Positions 10,498-20,265 of a stretch of 64,000 bases of DNA are shown here, one piece after another. The DNA is taken from the NCBI RefSeq assembly GCF_003019035.1, contig NZ_CP027447.1; one strand, 5' to 3'. The translations under genes and the position numbers were made by a program. The stretch is from Escherichia coli. Lineage in GTDB: Bacteria; Pseudomonadota; Gammaproteobacteria; Enterobacterales; Enterobacteriaceae. Below the pieces are notes generated by a model, which worked only from the letters and a program-made list of their open reading frames with translations, ran no database searches and was not told where the DNA came from. Positions within the stretch are counted from its first letter, which is position 1. Every line of letters starts with the position of its first letter.

Positions 10498-12795
10498 TTA
10501 CAGCAACTCAAACTCGCCTTTCTTAACGCGTGCGGAATCAGTGCCGATAAAGACATTGAACTTGCCAGACTCGGCGTCATATTTCATCTGTTGATTCCAG
10601 AACTTCAGCGCCTCGATATCAATCGGGAAGCTGACGGTCTGGGTTTCGCCCGGTTTCAGGGTGATTTTCTCAAAGCCTTTCAGCTGTTTTACCGGGCGAC
10701 TCATGGAAGCCGTCACATCCTGCAGGTACATCTGAACTACCGTCGCCCCTTCGCGCTTACCGGTGTTCGTCACCTGCACGCTGGCGGTCACTTTGCCGTC
10801 ACGCTTCATGGTCGGCGCAGAAAGTTTCACATCAGAGACGGTGAAAGTGGTATAGCTCAGACCATAGCCGAACGGATAAAGCGCCCCGTTAGCTTCATCA
10901 AAATAACGCGAAGTGTATTTGTTCGGCTTGTCGGCATTATACGGGCGACCGGTATTCAGATGACTGTAGTACACCGGGATCTGCCCGACAGAACGCGGGA
11001 AGGACATCGGCAGCTTGCCGGACGGGTTGTAATCGCCAAACAATACATCGGCAATTGCATTACCGCCTTCAGTCCCCGCAAACCAGGTTTCCAGAATCGC
11101 ATCCGCCTGCTGATCTTCTTTCACCAGCGCCAGCGGACGCCCGTTCATCAGCACCAGCGCCAGCGGTTTACCGGTGGCTTTCAGCGCCGCAATCAAGTCA
11201 CGTTGGCTTTGCGGAATAGTGATATCGGTACGGCTGGAGGCCTCGTGCGCCATCCCCTGAGCTTCACCGACCACAGCCACCACCACATCAGATTGCTTCG
11301 CGGTTTGCACCGCTTCATCAATCATCTCTTGCGGCGAGCGCGGATCAACTTTGACCGCCTCTTCATACTGATTCAGGAAATCGATAATGCCTTTGTCACT
11401 GGTAACGTTCGCCCCTTTGGCATACAGCACTTTACCGTTTTCGCCGACGGCGTTTTTAATCCCGGTCAGTACGGTCACAGATTGATCGGCAACACCGGCT
11501 GCTGACCAGCTGCCCATCACGTCACGTTTGCTGTCCGCCAGTGGCCCTACCACCGCAATGGTTGCCGTTTTTTTCAGCGGCAGCGTTTCAAGACGGTTTT
11601 TCAGCAACACCAGGCTTTCGCGCGCCACTTCACGCGCTTCTTTGCGGTGCAGGCGGCTTTCGGCATTGGTATCCACCGGGTCAGACTCTTTCGGACCGAG
11701 ATGGCTGTACGGGTCGTTAAACAACCCCATATCATATTTAACGTTCAGTACATGACGGGCAGCGTCATCCAGCTCTTCCATCGTCACTTTGCCGGATTTG
11801 ATCAACCCAGGCAGATACTTCGAGTAATACTCGTCGCTCATACTCATGTTGATGCCGGATTTCAGCGCCACGCGCACCGCATCTTCCGGGTCTGCCGCCG
11901 TGCCATGTTTAATCAGCTCTTTGATTGCGCCGTGATCGGAAACGGTGATGCCTTTAAAGCCCCACTGGTCGCGCAGAACATCTTTCAGCAGCCAGGAGTC
12001 GGAGGTGGCTGGCGTGCCGTTCAGCGAGTTCAGCGCCACCATCACCGCGCCGCTGCCTGCGTCCAGCCCCGCTTTGTACGGCGGCATATAATCATTAAAC
12101 AGGCGCTGCGGACTCATATCGACGGTGTTGTACTCTTTACCGCCTTCTACCGCGCCGTATGCGGCAAAGTGTTTGACGCTGGTCATCACCGAGTAGCGAT
12201 CTGCCGGGCTTTTACCCTGCATCGCTTCCACCATGGTTTTGCCCATTATTGAGGTGAGATACGTATCTTCGCCAAAACCTTCGGAAGCACGTCCCCAGCG
12301 CGGATCGCGCGAGACATCGACCATCGGTGCCCAGGTCATGTTCAGGCCATCATCTGCCGCTTCATAAGCAGAGACACGCCCGACTGTTTTCACTGCATCG
12401 AGGTTAAAAGACGAGGCCAGACCGAGGCTAATCGGGAACACCGTGCGCTGACCGTGCAGCACGTCGTAAGCAAAGAAAAGAGGAATTTTCAGGCGGCTTA
12501 ATTCCATCACCTGATCCTGCATGGCGCGGATATCCTGACGGGTTACGGTGTTGAAAATCGCCCCAACCTGACCGTCTTTGATCATCTCGCGGATCGCCTC
12601 TTTCGGGTTATCCGGGCCGACGCTGATTAAGCGCAGCTGACCAATTTTCTCATCAACTGTCATTTTCTTAAGCAGTTCGGTGACGAACGCATCCCGCGCT
12701 TCGGGCGTTAATGGATGGTTGCCGAATAAATCATCCGCCAGTGCTGGCTGCAGGGCCAGACTCACCGCGATTCCTACTGAACATAGCCATTTCAT
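10498..12795 (-). CDS. bglX: Periplasmic beta-glucosidase BglX (GH3), 765 aa
   Basis: ORF 10498..12867 trimmed to MKWLCSVGIAVSLALQPALA signal-peptide start; GH3 domains. Confidence 0.9.
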   Translation of the reverse strand: MKWLCSVGIAVSLALQPALADDLFGNHPLTPEARDAFVTELLKKMTVDEKIGQLRLISVGPDNPKEAIREMIKDGQVGAIFNTVTRQDIRAMQDQVMELSRLKIPLFFAYDVLHGQRTVFPISLGLASSFNLDAVKTVGRVSAYEAADDGLNMTWAPMVDVSRDPRWGRASEGFGEDTYLTSIMGKTMVEAMQGKSPADRYSVMTSVKHFAAYGAVEGGKEYNTVDMSPQRLFNDYMPPYKAGLDAGSGAVMVALNSLNGTPATSDSWLLKDVLRDQWGFKGITVSDHGAIKELIKHGTAADPEDAVRVALKSGINMSMSDEYYSKYLPGLIKSGKVTMEELDDAARHVLNVKYDMGLFNDPYSHLGPKESDPVDTNAESRLHRKEAREVARESLVLLKNRLETLPLKKTATIAVVGPLADSKRDVMGSWSAAGVADQSVTVLTGIKNAVGENGKVLYAKGANVTSDKGIIDFLNQYEEAVKVDPRSPQEMIDEAVQTAKQSDVVVAVVGEAQGMAHEASSRTDITIPQSQRDLIAALKATGKPLALVLMNGRPLALVKEDQQADAILETWFAGTEGGNAIADVLFGDYNPSGKLPMSFPRSVGQIPVYYSHLNTGRPYNADKPNKYTSRYFDEANGALYPFGYGLSYTTFTVSDVKLSAPTMKRDGKVTASVQVTNTGKREGATVVQMYLQDVTASMSRPVKQLKGFEKITLKPGETQTVSFPIDIEALKFWNQQMKYDAESGKFNVFIGTDSARVKKGEFELL

Positions 12796-12990
12796 ATGGA
12801 TTTTTCTTCCTCTGTTGCCCGACGTGGCAGCGAAAATGGTGCAAAAACCGTAGTTTGCCATAAGCATGATGGAGAGAGAAAAAGAATGCTCAGTTTATTG
12901 TCTGAATTTTCAAAATATTCACTCGCTGAATTGTCATACAAGGCGCTATTCTAGTTTGTGATATTTTTTCGCCACCACAAGGAGTGGAAA

Positions 12991-14706
12991 ATGTCTTCCA
13001 TGACAACAACTGATAATAAAGCCTTTTTGAATGAACTTGCCCGTCTGGTCGGTCATTCACACCTGCTCACCGATCCCGCAAAAACGGCCCGCTATCGCAA
13101 GGGCTTCCGTTCTGGTCAGGGCGACGCGCTGGCTGTCGTTTTCCCTGGCTCACTACTGGAATTGTGGCGGGTGCTGAAAGCCTGCGTCACCGCCGACAAA
13201 ATTATTCTGATGCAGGCCGCTAATACAGGTCTGACCGAAGGATCGACGCCAAACGGTAACGACTATGATCGCGATATCGTGATCATCAGCACCCTGCGTC
13301 TCGACAAGCTGCACGTACTCGGTAAGGGCGAACAGGTGCTGGCCTATCCGGGCACCACGCTCTATTCACTGGAAAAAGCCCTCAAACCGCTGGGACGCGA
13401 ACCGCACTCGGTGATTGGATCATCGTGTATAGGCGCATCGGTCATCGGCGGTATTTGTAACAACTCCGGCGGCTCGCTGGTGCAGCGTGGCCCGGCGTAT
13501 ACCGAAATGTCGTTATTCGCGCGTATAAATGAAGATGGCAAACTGACGCTGGTGAACCATCTCGGGATTGATCTGGGCGAAACGCCGGAGCAGATCCTTA
13601 GCAAGCTGGATGACGATCGCATCAAAGATGACGATGTGCGTCACGATGGTCGTCACGCCCACGATTATGACTATGTCCACCGCGTTCGTGATATTGAAGC
13701 CGACACGCCCGCACGTTATAACGCCGATCCGGATCGGTTATTTGAATCTTCTGGTTGCGCCGGGAAGCTGGCCGTCTTTGCGGTACGTCTTGATACCTTC
13801 GAAGCGGAAAAAAATCAGCAGGTGTTTTATATCGGCACCAACCAGCCGGAAGTGCTGACCGAAATCCGCCGTCATATTCTGGCTAATTTCGAAAATTTGC
13901 CGGTTGCCGGGGAATATATGCACCGGGATATCTACGATATTGCGGAAAAATACGGCAAAGACACCTTCCTGATGATTGATAAGTTAGGCACCGACAAGAT
14001 GCCGTTCTTCTTTAATCTCAAGGGACGCACCGATGCGATGCTGGAGAAAGTGAAATTCTTCCGTCCGCATTTTACCGACCGTGCAATGCAAAAATTCGGT
14101 CACCTGTTCCCCAGCCATTTACCGCCACGCATGAAAAACTGGCGCGATAAATACGAGCATCATCTGCTGTTAAAAATGGCGGGCGATGGCGTCGGTGAAG
14201 CCAAATCGTGGCTGGTGGATTATTTCAAACAGGCCGAGGGCGATTTCTTTGTCTGTACGCCGGAGGAAGGCAGCAAAGCGTTTTTACACCGTTTCGCCGC
14301 TGCGGGCGCAGCAATTCGTTATCAGGCGGTGCATTCCGATGAAGTCGAAGACATTCTGGCGCTGGATATCGCTCTGCGGCGTAACGACACCGAATGGTAT
14401 GAGCATTTACCGCCGGAGATCGACAGCCAGCTGGTGCACAAGCTCTATTACGGCCATTTTATGTGCTATGTCTTCCATCAGGATTACATCGTGAAAAAAG
14501 GCGTGGATGTGCACGCGCTGAAAGAACAGATGCTGGAACTGCTGCAGCAGCGTGGCGCGCAATACCCTGCCGAACATAACGTCGGTCATTTGTATAAAGC
14601 ACCGGAGACGTTGCAGAAGTTTTATCGCGAGAACGATCCGACCAACAGTATGAATCCGGGGATCGGTAAAACCAGTAAGCGGAAAAACTGGCAGGAAGTG
14701 GAGTAA
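12991..14706 (+). CDS. dld: FAD-dependent D-lactate dehydrogenase Dld, 571 aa
   Basis: N-terminus MSSMTTTDNKAFLNELARLVG recognised; AAGGAG Shine-Dalgarno upstream of the ATG at 12991. Confidence 0.92.
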   Translation: MSSMTTTDNKAFLNELARLVGHSHLLTDPAKTARYRKGFRSGQGDALAVVFPGSLLELWRVLKACVTADKIILMQAANTGLTEGSTPNGNDYDRDIVIISTLRLDKLHVLGKGEQVLAYPGTTLYSLEKALKPLGREPHSVIGSSCIGASVIGGICNNSGGSLVQRGPAYTEMSLFARINEDGKLTLVNHLGIDLGETPEQILSKLDDDRIKDDDVRHDGRHAHDYDYVHRVRDIEADTPARYNADPDRLFESSGCAGKLAVFAVRLDTFEAEKNQQVFYIGTNQPEVLTEIRRHILANFENLPVAGEYMHRDIYDIAEKYGKDTFLMIDKLGTDKMPFFFNLKGRTDAMLEKVKFFRPHFTDRAMQKFGHLFPSHLPPRMKNWRDKYEHHLLLKMAGDGVGEAKSWLVDYFKQAEGDFFVCTPEEGSKAFLHRFAAAGAAIRYQAVHSDEVEDILALDIALRRNDTEWYEHLPPEIDSQLVHKLYYGHFMCYVFHQDYIVKKGVDVHALKEQMLELLQQRGAQYPAEHNVGHLYKAPETLQKFYRENDPTNSMNPGIGKTSKRKNWQEVE

Positions 14707-14711
14707 TAATT

Positions 14712-14737
14712 ACGGATGGCAGAGTATCGCCATCCGT
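14712..14737. terminator. Hairpin between convergent dld and pbpG (9-bp stem ACGGATGGC/GCCATCCGT), likely bidirectional terminator
   Basis: Perfect inverted repeat seen in sequence, flanked by T/A-rich runs. Confidence 0.5.
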
Positions 14738-14744
14738 CATTCAT

Positions 14745-15677
14745 TTAATCGTTCTGTGCCGTCTGCCCCGCCGCCGCCATTTGGGCGGCTTTTTGTTTTT
14801 TATAGCTCAACGCTGCTGCCGGAACAGGCATCACTTTACCGGTTTCAATCCAGGTACGCAGGCGGCTGGCATCGGCAAAATGGGTATATTTGCCAAACGC
14901 GTCCATTACTACCAGCGCCACCGGTTTATTATTGATAACCGTACGCATCACCAGACAATGGCCCGCCGCATTGGTAAAGCCGGTTTTGGTTAACTGAATA
15001 TTCCAGTTATCGCGATACACCAGATGGTTAGTATTGCGGAACGGCAGCGTATACGTCGGGTTAGAGAAGGTTGCCATATCTTCCCGGGTGGTACTTAACT
15101 GCCCGATCAACGGATATTGTTTGCTGGCAATGAGCAGTTTGGTTAAGTCACGGGCAGTTGAAACGTTATGCACCGACAATCCGGTAGGTTCAACAAAGCG
15201 CGTGTTGTTCATTCCGAGCGATTTCGCTTTCGCATTCATTGCCTTAATAAAGGCTTTGTAACCACCGGGATAATGGTGCGCAAGGCTTGCCGCCGCGCGG
15301 TTTTCTGAAGACATCAGCGCCAGCAACAGCATATCTTTACGGCTGATTTCGCTGTTCAGTCGTACGCGCGAATAGACCCCTTTCATCTCCGGCGTCTGGC
15401 TGATATCCACTTTTAGTTTTTCATCCAGCGGCAGTCGTGCATCCAGCACAACCATCGCGGTCATTAATTTGCTGATAGACGCAATCGGACGCACCAGATC
15501 CGGGTGGTTCGAATAGATCACTTTGTTAGTATTCAGATCAACAATCATCGCGCTACCGGAAGCAATTTCCGGTTGTGACGCGGTGGTAGCGGCTGCCGTT
15601 TTCGCAACGGCCTGCGGTGCAAAAGGCACAGCCAGCATCAGGGCCAGGCTAAATAAAGAAACTCGAAATTTCGGCAT
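14745..15677 (-). CDS. pbpG: D-alanyl-D-alanine endopeptidase PBP7 (PbpG), 310 aa
   Basis: Signal peptide, SxxK motif (SISKLMT), class C PBP; ORF trimmed to MPKFRVSL start. Confidence 0.9.
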
Positions 15678-15850
15678 GATGAGCATTCAGATAGTGGTTC
15701 ACGCGCACGGGTTGCGCACCGCCGGAGTAAGGATTTACTGAGGCTAGCGACGCCATCATAACGAGCAAAAAGTGCGATCGTCAAAGAAGAATCGTGAGGA
15801 AATGCTGCATTGCTGACATTTACGCCAGCAATGCAGCGCAAAAGAACTTT

Positions 15851-16438
15851 CTAGAACAAACGATAACCGTAGCCCCATAGTATAACGGTAAGGGCGAGCA
15901 GCACTTCCAGCACCAGCACGCCTATCGCCAGTGTCGAACTGGAGAAGCTAAGTCCTTCCTCTTTGTTGATATTCAGGAAGCTCGGAATACCGAGATACAG
16001 CAGGTAGCCGGTGTAAAACAGCGCCACCGTGCCGACCAGCGCACACAACCAGACCAGCGGGTAAAGCGCCACCAGACCGCTTAAAAACAGCGGAGTTGCA
16101 ACGTAGCCCGCGAAGACCATGCAGTGCGCAAGTGACGGACGCTGCGGATAATTGCGCGCCATCCACCAGATGACCCGCCCCATCACCGCGACCCCAGCCA
16201 GCATAACGCCATAAAACAAGACAGCCAGCGCCAGTCCGGTAAACCAGGATAACTTCAGGATAGTGCCATCGCCAAAATTCCAGCCAATCTGTGTAGTGCC
16301 AATGAAGGCGCAAATCACCGGAATCGCCGCCATCAGCAAAACGTGGTGGGTGTAGTGATGAGAAATCGTTTCGTTTTCGCGATTAATCACCTGCATTTCA
16401 CGATCGGGATGGGAAAACAGTCCCCAGACATGGCTCAT
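15851..16438 (-). CDS. yohC: Inner membrane protein YohC (Yip1 family), 195 aa
   Basis: Polytopic membrane ORF; start trimmed to MSHVWGLF; synteny. Note: my manual base count disagrees with the ORF-track frame by 1 nt in this region; track frame used. Confidence 0.8.
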   Translation of the reverse strand: MSHVWGLFSHPDREMQVINRENETISHHYTHHVLLMAAIPVICAFIGTTQIGWNFGDGTILKLSWFTGLALAVLFYGVMLAGVAVMGRVIWWMARNYPQRPSLAHCMVFAGYVATPLFLSGLVALYPLVWLCALVGTVALFYTGYLLYLGIPSFLNINKEEGLSFSSSTLAIGVLVLEVLLALTVILWGYGYRLF

Positions 16439-16607
16439 ACCGCCCCCTTGTTGTGAGTTCATGAACCTGACAGTTCAAGTATAAGTCAGCTTGTGATTAT
16501 TTTTTGTTCGCTCATGTAATTTGCACCGTCTGATGTACGTCCTTTTTCAGCGTGAATGATTCACAGGGTGTATGCTTACAGGCAAGCAAAGGGAGACAGA
16601 CTGTCCT

Positions 16608-17186
16608 ATGGATCTCAATACACTCATCTCACAATATGGTTATGCCGCGCTGGTTATCGGTAGCCTGGCGGAAGGTGAAACCGTGACTTTGCTGGGAGGC
16701 GTTGCGGCACATCAGGGGCTATTAAAGTTCCCGCTGGTGGTACTTTCTGTGGCGCTTGGCGGCATGATTGGCGACCAGGTGCTTTATCTGTGCGGGCGGC
16801 GGTTTGGCGGCAAGCTGTTACGCCGTTTCTCGAAACATCAGGATAAAATTGAGCGGGCGCAGAAACTTATCCAACGCCATCCGTATCTGTTTGTCATTGG
16901 TACGCGTTTTATGTATGGCTTTCGGGTCATTGGCCCGACGCTGATTGGTGCCAGCCAGCTGCCGCCGAAAATCTTTCTGCCGCTGAATATTCTCGGCGCA
17001 TTTGCCTGGTCGCTGATTTTTACCACTATCGGTTACGCTGGTGGGCAGGTGATTGCGCCGTGGTTGCACAATCTCGACCAGCATTTGAAGCACTGGGTCT
17101 GGTTGATTCTGGTCGTGGTTCTGGTGGTAGGCGTGCGCTGGTGGCTGAAACGGCGCGGGAAGAAAAAGCCGGATCATCAGGCGTAA
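16608..17186 (+). CDS. yohD: DedA-family inner membrane protein YohD, 192 aa
   Basis: DedA/SNARE-associated membrane ORF; start trimmed to MDLNTLISQYGY. Confidence 0.85.
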   Translation: MDLNTLISQYGYAALVIGSLAEGETVTLLGGVAAHQGLLKFPLVVLSVALGGMIGDQVLYLCGRRFGGKLLRRFSKHQDKIERAQKLIQRHPYLFVIGTRFMYGFRVIGPTLIGASQLPPKIFLPLNILGAFAWSLIFTTIGYAGGQVIAPWLHNLDQHLKHWVWLILVVVLVVGVRWWLKRRGKKKPDHQA

Positions 17187-17204
17187 AACCATTGCCCTGG
17201 ATAA

Positions 17205-17277
17205 GGTGTTCGCGCCGCATCCGACATCCGGTGCACCATGCCTGATGCGACGCTGGCGTGTCTTATCTGGCCTAACC
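17205..17277. repeat. REP/BIME-like palindromic units between convergent yohD and yohF
   Basis: Sequence ...GCGCCGCATCCGACATCCGGTG... and TGCCTGATGCGACGCTGGCGTGTCTTATCTGGCCTA resemble E. coli REP consensus (GCCGGATGCGGCG / GCCTGATGCGACGCT type). Confidence 0.5.
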
Positions 17278-17305
17278 CATTGAAATAACCACGCACCTCA
17301 CTGCG

Positions 17306-18067
17306 CTATTCTGGGTTGAACTGCGGATTCGCCAACATAAAGCCGCCATCCACTATCAACGACTGCCCGGTGGTGTAATTTGCGCCCTCCGAACAAAGCC
17401 ATACCACCAGGCTGGCAATCTCATGCGTTGTGCCAAAACGTCGCAAGGGAATCGAAGGCTCCGCGTCAGGCTTCACGTCGCCGCCATCCATGCCGTTCAT
17501 TGGCGTGGCGATCGCCCCAGGTGCGACTGCGTTCACCAAAATTTTATGCCTGACCAGCTCCAGCGCCATTGCTTTGGTTAACCCGCCGAGCGCATGTTTA
17601 GCGGCTGTGTAGGCGCTGGCATCCGGCAGCGGCGTATGTTCATGTACCGATGTAATGTTGATGATGCGACCGCCCTGCCCTTGTTTCACCATCTGACGAG
17701 CCGCAATTTGCGAGCATAAAAATGCGCCATCGACATCAACGGTAAAAATCTTGCGCCACTCATCGAAAGCCATATCAAGAAACGGCGCTTTGGTCATTGC
17801 GCCCGCATTATTCACCAGCACATCAATACGCCCCAGCCGTTGAATAAGTTTCTCCAGCGCCAGTGCCCCTTCTGGTAGATTGCCGAGATCCAGTTGCACG
17901 ATCTCCGCACGTACGCCGTAGCTAACTACCTCACGCGCGGTATCTTTTGCCCCTTCTTCATCTGAGTGCCAGGTAATGCCAATATCAAACCCCTGCTGCG
18001 CCAGTAATAACGCGCACTCTTTGCCGATCCCCGAATCGGAGGCGGTAATTATCGCGACCTGTGCCAT
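17306..18067 (-). CDS. yohF: Short-chain dehydrogenase/reductase YohF, 253 aa
   Basis: TASDSGIG NAD(P)-binding motif, SDR catalytic region. Confidence 0.85.
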   Translation of the reverse strand: MAQVAIITASDSGIGKECALLLAQQGFDIGITWHSDEEGAKDTAREVVSYGVRAEIVQLDLGNLPEGALALEKLIQRLGRIDVLVNNAGAMTKAPFLDMAFDEWRKIFTVDVDGAFLCSQIAARQMVKQGQGGRIINITSVHEHTPLPDASAYTAAKHALGGLTKAMALELVRHKILVNAVAPGAIATPMNGMDGGDVKPDAEPSIPLRRFGTTHEIASLVVWLCSEGANYTTGQSLIVDGGFMLANPQFNPE

Positions 18068-18119
18068 CGAATTCTCCACTTAACGCTCAACAAACGTTAA
18101 GTATAGAAGGCGCATATCA

Positions 18120-19556
18120 TCAGCGTTTGTAACCCCCGCCCAGCGCACCGGTGAGTTGAATGGAAGCATCCAGCCACTGTCCCTGCAAGAGCAGACCATT
18201 GGCCCGCTCACGCAGCGCGGGGATTCTGGCTTCGCTGACGCGGGAACCAGCAATGATGCCCGCGTTAAAGCGCGCCTGCGCAAGACCTACCACACGCAAG
18301 GCATCGTGCTCAATTTGCGCCTGATGCTGGTTTTTCTCCGCCAGTGTCTGAACCTGGCTGGCCGCCCGCGCCACGTCATTTACCGCTTCAACCACCGCTT
18401 TGTTGTAGCTGGCGATAGACAAGTTGCTTTCGGCTTTTGCAATATCGAGGTTGGCGTTAAGACGACCACTATCGAAAATGGGTAGCGTCAGGCCTGCCGT
18501 AACGCCCATTTGCTGCGCGGAATGACGGAACAGATCGCTTAAGTGCAACGCATCCTGTTGCAGGAAGGCCATCAGGTTGATGTCAGGATAAAATGCCGCT
18601 TTTGCCGCATCAATAGTGCTTAACGATGACTCAACGTACCAGTGCGCCGCCTGCAAATCTGCCCGCCGGGCCAGTAAGGAGTACCCCAGTTCATCAGGAA
18701 GCTGGCTTGCCACTTTCGGCAACGCGACCGGATTAAGCTTCAATGCCTTTGTCTGGTGATTTGTAAGTGCGCTTAACCGTGCCTCAATAATTTTCATTTT
18801 CCCCGCGACATCGTTGAGCTGCTGCCGGGTTTTGCTGGCATTAATATCGGTTTCCACACCTTCAACTGCAGAAGTAATCCCGTTCTGATATAGCTGGCGA
18901 TCGGTGGCGATAATGGTGTTCTGCTCTTTTTCGATTTGCTGTAAGACCGTGTTTAACGCCGCCTGGGTTTGCCACTCCCAGTACAGGCGGGCTACGCTGC
19001 CAGCCAGCAATTGGCGGGTTTGCTCGCGTTCCGCCGCCCGTGCTTTAACCGTACCGAGGCGAGCAGTAACCTCCGCCCGATTCTTTCCCCAGATATCGAG
19101 ATGCCAGCCCGCCGTTAAGCCAAAAGTACCGTTGGTGTACCACGGACCGGTCGTACCTGCGGCAGGATCGTTCAGAGCAAACGGCCCCATTAACCCTTCT
19201 GCAGACATTTTTTGCCGCTCCATATCCGCAGAAAAGTCGATCTGCGGACCATCCTGAGTGGCAACTGCCTTCGCCTGGGCTTCAGCCAGCTGAATGCGCT
19301 GTTCAGCCACCTGCATATCCGGTGCGTTCTGTAGTGCGTTATTAATTAATGAGGTGAGTTGATTATCGTGATACTCCAGCCACCATTGGCTGTCTGGCCA
19401 ACCATTTTTCAGCGCCGTGGGTAATGCGGTGTCAACTTGTGTCGCGGGTGTTTGCTGGCTTAACGCCTGGCGGGTTTCATGCATAGGCGCACACCCGGCC
19501 AGCATCAGTAACAGCGGAAAACAGGCGATGGCTGGATAAAAAGAATCACGATTCAT
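18120..19556 (-). CDS. mdtQ: Outer membrane efflux factor (OMF/TolC-like lipoprotein) MdtQ, apparently intact, 478 aa
   Basis: Uninterrupted ORF; start at MNRDSFYPAIACFPLLLMLAGC (lipoprotein signal, lipobox LAGC); OMF family. Confidence 0.8.
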   Translation of the reverse strand: MNRDSFYPAIACFPLLLMLAGCAPMHETRQALSQQTPATQVDTALPTALKNGWPDSQWWLEYHDNQLTSLINNALQNAPDMQVAEQRIQLAEAQAKAVATQDGPQIDFSADMERQKMSAEGLMGPFALNDPAAGTTGPWYTNGTFGLTAGWHLDIWGKNRAEVTARLGTVKARAAEREQTRQLLAGSVARLYWEWQTQAALNTVLQQIEKEQNTIIATDRQLYQNGITSAVEGVETDINASKTRQQLNDVAGKMKIIEARLSALTNHQTKALKLNPVALPKVASQLPDELGYSLLARRADLQAAHWYVESSLSTIDAAKAAFYPDINLMAFLQQDALHLSDLFRHSAQQMGVTAGLTLPIFDSGRLNANLDIAKAESNLSIASYNKAVVEAVNDVARAASQVQTLAEKNQHQAQIEHDALRVVGLAQARFNAGIIAGSRVSEARIPALRERANGLLLQGQWLDASIQLTGALGGGYKR

Positions 19557-19779
19557 GGGGGAATAATCAGGTAAGAAAAGGTGCGCGGAGATTACCGTGT
19601 GTTGCGATATATTTTTTAGTTTCGCGTGGCAATACATCAGTGGCAATAAAACGACATATCCAGAAAAATATACACTAAGCGAATGATATCTTCCGATTTA
19701 TCTTAATCGTTTATGAATAGCGGCAAAGGGCTTCGTTTTTTCCTATACTTATTCAGCACTCACAAATAAAGGAACGCCA

Positions 19780-19863
19780 ATGAAAATTATACTCTGGGCT
19801 GTATTGATTATTTTCCTGATTGGGCTACTGGTGGTGACTGGCGTATTTAAGATGATATTTTAA
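19780..19863 (+). CDS. yohP: Small membrane protein YohP, 27 aa (MKIILWAVLIIFLIGLLVVTGVFKMIF)
   Basis: Read directly from sequence; below the ORF-track cutoff; Shine-Dalgarno-like AAAGGAA upstream; single TM helix. Confidence 0.65.
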   Translation: MKIILWAVLIIFLIGLLVVTGVFKMIF

Positions 19864-19967
19864 AAATCAGATATGGCATATAAGTTGTCAGGTCAGTAAC
19901 TCGATATTTTGTGTACTTGATTTACAAACAGCTCCGGTGTTGGTGGCGTCAAAATCGCTGAAGCGTT

Positions 19968-20140
19968 CCCCGAAGGCCGGGGCAGCCCACATGGATGTGG
20001 GCTGAGGGCGCGTCTTACAAGGACGTTACCTCGCGCCCGACCCGGTAGCCGAAGGGGATAAGCTGAAGGTACCGCGCAGCGGCGATTTTGTTCGCCAGAG
20101 CCCGGGGGTGCAGGGGGAGGAGGCGATTGTCCTCCCCCTG
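19968..20140. other. GC-rich, hairpin-dense intergenic element between yohP and dusC (at least four strong inverted repeats)
   Basis: Hairpins read directly: CCCCG-5nt-CGGGG (19968-19982); CAGCCCACAT-GG-ATGTGGGCTG (19983-20004); GGGCGCG-19nt-CGCGCCC (20006-20038); CAGGGGGAGGA-8nt-TCCTCCCCCTG (20111-20140). Confidence 0.4.
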
Positions 20141-20230
20141 CGCGCTCCTTGCGCCAGTGGCAATATGTGGCTTAGCTCATGAAAGGAGCGCAACAAGATG
20201 ATGAAGCTAAATAAGCGATTCATTGTCTCA

Positions 20231-20265
20231 GATAAGCTGCGATTCCACTATTATCGCAGCTTATC
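20231..20265. other. 13-bp perfect inverted repeat (GATAAGCTGCGAT-9nt-ATCGCAGCTTATC) spanning the dusC stop codon
   Basis: Seen in sequence; right arm encodes the last codons of dusC, left arm lies just 3' of the stop; no U-run on either strand so not a classical intrinsic terminator. Confidence 0.4.

Noticed and set aside
10591-11505. 304-aa plus-strand ORF antisense to bglX (similar long antisense ORFs at 40134..40985 within cirA, 55537..56247 within fruA, 11647..12252, 3568..4041)
   Set aside because: Each lies entirely inside a well-supported gene on the other strand, has no recognisable domain or ribosome-binding site, and is the kind of frame commonly opened by GC-rich coding sequence; treated as spurious.
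16375-16385. Apparent 1-nt frame discrepancy inside yohC when translating my manual reading of the sequence
   Set aside because: The ORF track (computed on the actual sequence) reports an uninterrupted 203-codon frame, so the discrepancy is most likely my own transcription or counting error at a line junction rather than a real frameshift; not reported as a pseudogene.
19960-20200. Possibility that the hairpin cluster is a retron msr/msd non-coding RNA
   Set aside because: No reverse-transcriptase gene is adjacent (neighbours are yohP and dusC), and I could not identify the flanking a1/a2 repeats; the retron hypothesis is not supported.
20026-20223. 65-aa minus-strand ORF inside the GC-rich hairpin region between yohP and dusC
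   Set aside because: Gly/Ser/Arg/Pro-rich low-complexity translation typical of GC-rich non-coding DNA; no Shine-Dalgarno sequence; the region is better explained as structured non-coding sequence.
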